A stretch of 64,000 nt of DNA, taken from IMG/VR virus record IMGVR_UViG_3300042502_000941, positions 19,455 to 83,454 of that record; one strand, given 5' to 3'. Origin of the DNA: a virus. Shown here in pieces: positions 59,909 to 64,000 of this stretch (position 1 is its first letter; every line of letters begins with the position of its first letter). The notes beneath the pieces were generated by a model, which ran no database searches, was not told the origin of the DNA, and saw only the letters and a program-made list of their open reading frames with translations. The position numbers and the translations under genes were made by a program.

Positions 59909-59999
59909 TGGAGCACGATCAAGGTTATGCTCCTTGCATATGTACTTTCATACAACGATGTTTTGCAGACATCTCAGTTCTCTAGCTCTGTCATCGTGC
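59909..59999 (-). tRNA. tRNA-Cys(GCA) with a long variable arm and non-canonical T-loop
   Basis: GCACGAT/ATCGTGC acceptor stem, GATGT-CTGCAAA-ACATC, U73, CCA. Confidence 0.78.
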
Positions 60000-60007
60000 T
60001 TTAAAAA

Positions 60008-60082
60008 TGGAGCCTATAATTGGTTTTGATGCAATATCTATCAATTTACGAAATTGATGCTTTACCTTTAAGCTATATAGGC
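60008..60082 (-). tRNA. tRNA-Thr(CGT) with a degenerate T-arm
   Basis: TCAAT-TTCGTAA-ATTGA; T-arm ATTGC-ATCAAAA-CCAAT (C:C mismatch); CCA. Confidence 0.72.
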
Positions 60083-60088
60083 GTTAAA

Positions 60089-60892
60089 TCATTCAGTTTC
60101 ACCCGAACCAAAAATACGTTTCCAAATTCCTATTCTTTTAGGTTTTACTTCGGTTTTTTCTTCTTTGTGTTGATTATCTTTGTCTAACTTAATGTGAACA
60201 CTTCGATTAGACATCCTCATCAATACCTCTGCACCTTTTGGCCACTCTCCCAATTTGTTCTTAAATTCATATCCATCTTTTTTCAGATTTAATCTCAAAT
60301 TTTGAGTCAAAAGAGCATTTTCTTTCTTCAACTCTTCTATGATCTTTTCATACTCCGCTATCTTGTTCTTCAAAAAATCTCTTTCTTTTGTAAGCATTTC
60401 AATCTTAGCTACAAGCTCATTTTGATCTTTATCAGTCTTCGCAACTTTAAGTTCATCACCTAAATCTACAATCTCTTTGGTCATATTAACAAGCGTATTA
60501 CGTAACGACTTTAAATCAGATTCAAGTGCAGATTTTTCTTGGGTCAAATCTTTAATCTTTACATCTTTTTCATCAGATGATACTTTCAACTGTTCAGTAA
60601 TACTATTTAATTGAGTCATATTAGTATACAATATACTCAACTTATTATCATAACTCTTCAATAATACAGATAACTCCGCATTCTTTTGATTTAAATTGGT
60701 AATCAATAAACTTTGATTTACAACAATCTCCGTCTGGTTAACAACTTTCTTAGTTAAAGCTTTATTATCTATATTCAATGAACTAAATAATGTATATAAT
60801 CCAAAAGTTATTAATACAATTACAGCAATTATAACATATAATAACTTTTTATTAGTAAGCGAAAATGTTTGGGGAGAGTTTGTAGATTCCAT
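60089..60892 (-). CDS. Membrane-anchored coiled-coil protein
   Basis: TM segment LLYVIIAVIVLITFGLYTLF followed by long heptad repeats. Confidence 0.75.
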   Translation of the reverse strand: MESTNSPQTFSLTNKKLLYVIIAVIVLITFGLYTLFSSLNIDNKALTKKVVNQTEIVVNQSLLITNLNQKNAELSVLLKSYDNKLSILYTNMTQLNSITEQLKVSSDEKDVKIKDLTQEKSALESDLKSLRNTLVNMTKEIVDLGDELKVAKTDKDQNELVAKIEMLTKERDFLKNKIAEYEKIIEELKKENALLTQNLRLNLKKDGYEFKNKLGEWPKGAEVLMRMSNRSVHIKLDKDNQHKEEKTEVKPKRIGIWKRIFGSGETE

Positions 60893-60959
60893 ATATTTAT
60901 TTTATTATATATATAATCCACCAACATTTATATATTTTTTTTAAAATATAATATCAAAA

Positions 60960-61439
60960 TTACCAAGCCCTACATGACCAATATCTCGCTTTAGTACGTG
61001 GACCAGGATTATCACAATTATGTCTCGCTCTAAAGTTTTTTCTACGTGCTGGATTATTCTTTTTTATGGTCATTCTTTTACCTTTAGCTGAAGATCCACC
61101 AAATCCAAAATTTACCTTAACCACTTTTCCTTTAGGATTTTTAACATATACTTTAAATTTCTTGACATCACCTTGCATTCGTTTACCAAGGCTCACTTTA
61201 CGACCCTGATATTCGGCTTCACATAATGGTTGATTATATTCTCGCATGAATTGAACAAATTCTTTTACATCTTGTTCACTTTCAACATCATATTCTTCTA
61301 TATTGTCGCCATCTTCTAAAGCTTCTTTTCTAACACAATTTGGTACCATTCTCCCACCTTTTGACTTCATACCAATTTGTTTATGAGTATCCCAACACGC
61401 CTCTTCAATCTCATTTAGAAGTTCTTTTAACTTAATCAT
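60960..61439 (-). CDS. Conserved large-phage protein with a basic C-terminal domain
   Basis: Start at MIKLKELLNE; RKNFRARHNCDNPGPRTKARYWSCRAW. Confidence 0.75.
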   Translation of the reverse strand: MIKLKELLNEIEEACWDTHKQIGMKSKGGRMVPNCVRKEALEDGDNIEEYDVESEQDVKEFVQFMREYNQPLCEAEYQGRKVSLGKRMQGDVKKFKVYVKNPKGKVVKVNFGFGGSSAKGKRMTIKKNNPARRKNFRARHNCDNPGPRTKARYWSCRAW

Positions 61440-61543
61440 ATCTATAAATATATAATTTAATATAAAACATTGTAAAAATGATACTGTCACCTACAACATC
61501 ATTTTAATTCTATTTTTTATCTACCCCAACATATATATCAAAT

Positions 61544-62326
61544 ATGTCTACACAAACAAATACATCCGCTCAAATAAACAATTCTGCTACCGCAACATCT
61601 GATAAAAATTCAGCAAGTGTTTCTTATACAAATACCGCAGAAGCTTCTGCAGGCGCAAGTGTAGGAAATAAAAACGCATCAATAGGTGTTGAAACATCAG
61701 TTAAAACTGGTACAGAAGCATCCGCTGCCGGTGGACTTGATGGTAACAACGTCTACGCAAACGCAAGTTATAGTAGCGGTACAGAAGCTCACATTGTTGT
61801 AGATGGTAAAGTACAAAGTAATGGTGTAGGTGTTGCAGGTACTGCAGACGCTTACGCAGTCAGTGGTACAAAAGCATCCGCAAATGTTCAAGCTGGTGAC
61901 AAAGGTGTCGCAGTTGGTGCAGAAGGTTCTATTGGTACTGCTGTAGGTGTTGACGCTTCAGGTACAGCAAATGTAAGAGGCGCATCAGTTACCGCAGGTT
62001 CAGGAGTTAGTGTAGGTGAACAAGTTGGTGGTGGTGGTTCCGCTCAAGCCACTATGGACAAAGGTAAAGTTACCGTTGGTGTAAGTGGTGACGTTGCAGT
62101 ATTAGTTGGTGTAAAAGTAGATGTAAGTACTACAATTGATACAAATAAAGTTGTACAAGATGTTAATACAGTCGCAAAAGCAACTCAACCAGTAGTTCAA
62201 CAAACTACCAATGTAGCAAATACCGCCGTCAAAGAAACAACTAATGTTGTAAATAATGCAGGTAATGCAATTAATGATGGTGCCAAAAAAACAGGCAATG
62301 CCTTCAAAAAAGCATTCAGATTCTAA
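61544..62326 (+). CDS. Gly/Ala/Val/Ser-rich beta-strand repeat protein
   Basis: 260-aa ORF with alternating AxAxA and VGV patterns. Confidence 0.7.
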   Translation: MSTQTNTSAQINNSATATSDKNSASVSYTNTAEASAGASVGNKNASIGVETSVKTGTEASAAGGLDGNNVYANASYSSGTEAHIVVDGKVQSNGVGVAGTADAYAVSGTKASANVQAGDKGVAVGAEGSIGTAVGVDASGTANVRGASVTAGSGVSVGEQVGGGGSAQATMDKGKVTVGVSGDVAVLVGVKVDVSTTIDTNKVVQDVNTVAKATQPVVQQTTNVANTAVKETTNVVNNAGNAINDGAKKTGNAFKKAFRF

Positions 62327-62328
62327 AA

Positions 62329-62405
62329 TGGTACACCCGGCAGGACTTGAACCTGCAACCTTCTCGGTAGAAACGAGTTGCTCTATCCAATTGAGCTACG
62401 AGTGC
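62329..62405 (-). tRNA. tRNA-Arg(TCT)
   Basis: CTCG-TTTCTAC-CGAG, A20 in the D-loop, CCA. Confidence 0.88.
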
Positions 62406-62411
62406 ATTGAA

Positions 62412-62481
62412 TTTGTTAGTAGTTATGTTCTCACCAGTGATCACTGAGTAAAGGGAATTGAACCCAACACTTACTAACAAA
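62412..62481 (-). ncRNA. Permuted tRNA-like small RNA (T-arm first)
   Basis: TTGTTAGTA/TACTAACAA closing stem; GGG-TTCAATT-CCC; CTCA/TGAG hairpin. Confidence 0.5.
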
Positions 62482-62483
62482 AA

Positions 62484-62557
62484 TGGTTGGCTATCACGGT
62501 ACCGCCCCGTGTTCTTTCGATTATCAGTCGAATGCTCTACTATTGAGCTAATAGCCA
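62484..62557 (-). tRNA. tRNA-Ile(GAT), non-canonical T-loop
   Basis: TTCGA-CTGATAA-TCGAA; T-loop GGCGGTA; CCA. Confidence 0.88.
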
Positions 62558-62564
62558 ATTGAAA

Positions 62565-62640
62565 TGGCGAGGTATATGGGTGCTGCCCCCACTATCTTTT
62601 CCGTGACAGGGAAATGAGTCTGCTGTTCCTCTTATACCCC
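62565..62640 (-). tRNA. tRNA-Asp(GTC), non-canonical T-loop
   Basis: TTTCC-CTGTCAC-GGAAA; T-loop GGCAGCA; G73; CCA. Confidence 0.88.
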
Positions 62641-62646
62641 AAAAAA

Positions 62647-62721
62647 TGGTAGGGCTCTACGGTAACGATCCGTATTCTACTGGTTAAAAGCCAGTTGCTT
62701 CACCGTTAAAGCTTGAACCCC
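62647..62721 (-). tRNA. tRNA-Lys(TTT)
   Basis: ACTGG-CTTTTAA-CCAGT; T-loop ATCGTTA; CCA. Confidence 0.9.
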
Positions 62722-62729
62722 ATTGAAAT

Positions 62730-62807
62730 TGGTGGATGCGGTGGGATTTGAACCCACAACCTTTCGGGTAAGAGCCGAATACTCTGATCCAGTTGAGTTA
62801 CGCATCC
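62730..62807 (-). tRNA. tRNA-Lys(CTT)
   Basis: TTCGG-CTCTTAC-CCGAA; CCA. Confidence 0.92.
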
Positions 62808-62846
62808 ATTAAAAATTGTATCTACTATTGTCAACGAACTATAATC

Positions 62847-62874
62847 ATCTTACCACACTTTATCACTTCGTCAA
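62847..62874 (-). promoter_or_regulatory. Sigma70-type promoter for the second tRNA array
   Basis: TTGACG-N16-TAAGAT with TGG extension. Confidence 0.6.
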
Positions 62875-62892
62875 CAGCTTTTTTAAAAAACT

Positions 62893-63642
62893 TTAAACGT
62901 TACTTTGTTTCTTTGGATATGGTTGAATTGACTTAATCAATCCACCCAATATTCTTTTACCATCACTAGAATTTTGTCCGGATAAAATATAAATGTACAT
63001 ATGTTTTCCAGTAGCCGTTCTTATTTCAAATGGACTATTAGGATTGGTTCTTGCATCATTTGCTGCATCTTTACCAGTTTCAAAACCATACTTCTTTATT
63101 TGTGGTAATCTATACACCCACTTGTTTTCTTTTTTATCCCATAAACGTTTTGTATCTTTACTCTTGCCTAAATAAATTGCATTTGTTGCTTGATATATAG
63201 ATCCGGTATGTCCCTGTCCACTATCAGCTCTGGTAATAACCACTTTTAATTCGGGATAATCTTGTTTAATCTTTTTATTACCCAAACCAATTACATACGA
63301 CGCCAAGTTGCTTAACTCAGGTATTTGTTTTGCCTCAGGTTTCAAATATAATCTCAATAATTCAAATACCTCATTCTTTTGCAATAAACTGTTGCCCTCT
63401 GCATCTACAGCTATTTCTTCATAATCTTGTGGCTTGGTGGTTTGTCCATAAACAATCACTCCTACCATATCCACATTACCATCTGGCTTCTTGTACATCA
63501 CACCATAATTAGCAGCCACCGCCGTAGGATATGTCTTTAAATAATGCTGCTTAATAAAATTCAATACTTCAGATTTACTCTTGGGTTCCAAATATACACT
63601 ATCTTTCAAACCCTCCAACATTAAGTATTTCAATTTAATCAT
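62893..63642 (-). CDS. Mom-family (GNAT-like) DNA adenine modification protein
   Basis: GVIVYG, VFELLRLYL, ITRADSGQGHTGSIYQATNAIYLG. Confidence 0.7.
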   Translation of the reverse strand: MIKLKYLMLEGLKDSVYLEPKSKSEVLNFIKQHYLKTYPTAVAANYGVMYKKPDGNVDMVGVIVYGQTTKPQDYEEIAVDAEGNSLLQKNEVFELLRLYLKPEAKQIPELSNLASYVIGLGNKKIKQDYPELKVVITRADSGQGHTGSIYQATNAIYLGKSKDTKRLWDKKENKWVYRLPQIKKYGFETGKDAANDARTNPNSPFEIRTATGKHMYIYILSGQNSSDGKRILGGLIKSIQPYPKKQSNV

Positions 63643-63671
63643 ATGATATAAATATAAAACTTTGAGGATTT

Positions 63672-63783
63672 CACGGCGAGCTAATTAAACTCAACGACAT
63701 CATTTTTAAGTAACGTCTTCCGTTCCACATTAACACGTTAACCAAAGGGAATCGAACCCCCGTGATGTGTCTCTCTCATCGTC
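63672..63783 (-). ncRNA. YrlA/Y-RNA-like permuted tRNA-like RNA
   Basis: ACGATGAG/CTCGCCGT and ACATCA/TGATGT nested stems enclosing GGGGG-TTCGATT-CCCTT, then a TAACGT/ACGTTA hairpin. Confidence 0.5.
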
Positions 63784-63788
63784 AAAAA

Positions 63789-63863
63789 TGGCCCGGCAGG
63801 TTGGTAACGCTCCAACATCTCGTCCTCTTCAGGGACACGCTAATCTATTTCAGCTACTACCGG
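63789..63863 (-). tRNA. tRNA-Phe(GAA), non-canonical T-loop
   Basis: TGTCC-CTGAAGA-GGACG; T-loop AGCGTTA; CCA. Confidence 0.85.
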
Positions 63864-63875
63864 ATCTTAAATCTA

Positions 63876-63956
63876 TTGACAAGTCAAAGGAATCGAACCT
63901 TTTCGGAACAGAGTCGCCTGCTCCTTTACCACGCCCTGCGCACTAGCACCTGTCAA
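63876..63956 (-). ncRNA. tRNA-like RNA lacking an anticodon loop and CCA
   Basis: TTGACAGGT/ACTTGTCAA stem, D-like TGGTAAA, GGAGCAG/CTGTTCC hairpin, AAAGG-TTCGATT-CCTTT. Confidence 0.5.
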
Positions 63957-63960
63957 AATC

Positions 63961-64000
63961 AAGATGTATGGTTGGATTCGAACCAACGGCTACTTTTACA
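63961..64000 (-). other. 3' part of a tRNA or tRNA-like RNA cut by the window edge
   Basis: GTTGG-TTCGAAT-CCAAC T-arm; no encoded CCA. Confidence 0.5.

Noticed and set aside
62329-62405. Possible amber suppressor tRNA (CTA in the loop)
   Set aside because: The stem pairs only in the register CTCG-TTTCTAC-CGAG, giving anticodon TCT. A20 supports Arg.
1-64000. Stop-codon reassignment as in some huge phages
   Set aside because: Long genes are intact in code 11, and TAG and TGA end genes at sensible boundaries (e.g. 20366, 17450).

Overview
This window is a 64-kb fragment of a very large, AT-rich, T4-superfamily-like (myovirus/jumbo) phage genome in the standard genetic code, coded almost entirely on the minus strand. 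In order it holds: (1) a terminase large subunit cut by the left edge, small putative head proteins and a 1304-aa tail sheath; (2) a glyco-modification cassette (GT4 fused to a TibC/Aah-like heptosyltransferase, a second GT4, and FkbM); (3) an Mre11-Rad50 (SbcD-SbcC) fusion, primase and RuvC-like resolvase; (4) a baseplate/tail block (gp6-like, gp25-like, gp5-like spike, FG-GAP propeller); (5) a gp55-like late sigma factor, Hsp20, three paralogous tail-fibre genes and PhoH; (6) two large plus-strand genes, one with Gly-Thr-X repeats; (7) an RNA-rich accessory region with a tmRNA, 19 tRNAs and several unexplained tRNA-like or structured RNAs, plus ADP-ribosyltransferase-like, Mom-like, trypsin-like and outer-membrane beta-barrel genes. 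The most interesting signals are: circularly permuted, T-arm-first tRNA-like (YrlA/Y-RNA-like) RNAs inside the tRNA arrays; tRNAs with compensated swaps of core tertiary pairs; a shared N-terminal MIxLxxLLxE tag plus a TATTTAT(A/T) leaderless late promoter on diverse enzymes, suggesting packaged cargo; and a candidate virion protein-glycosylation system. All protein assignments come from motif recognition by eye. No database searches were run.
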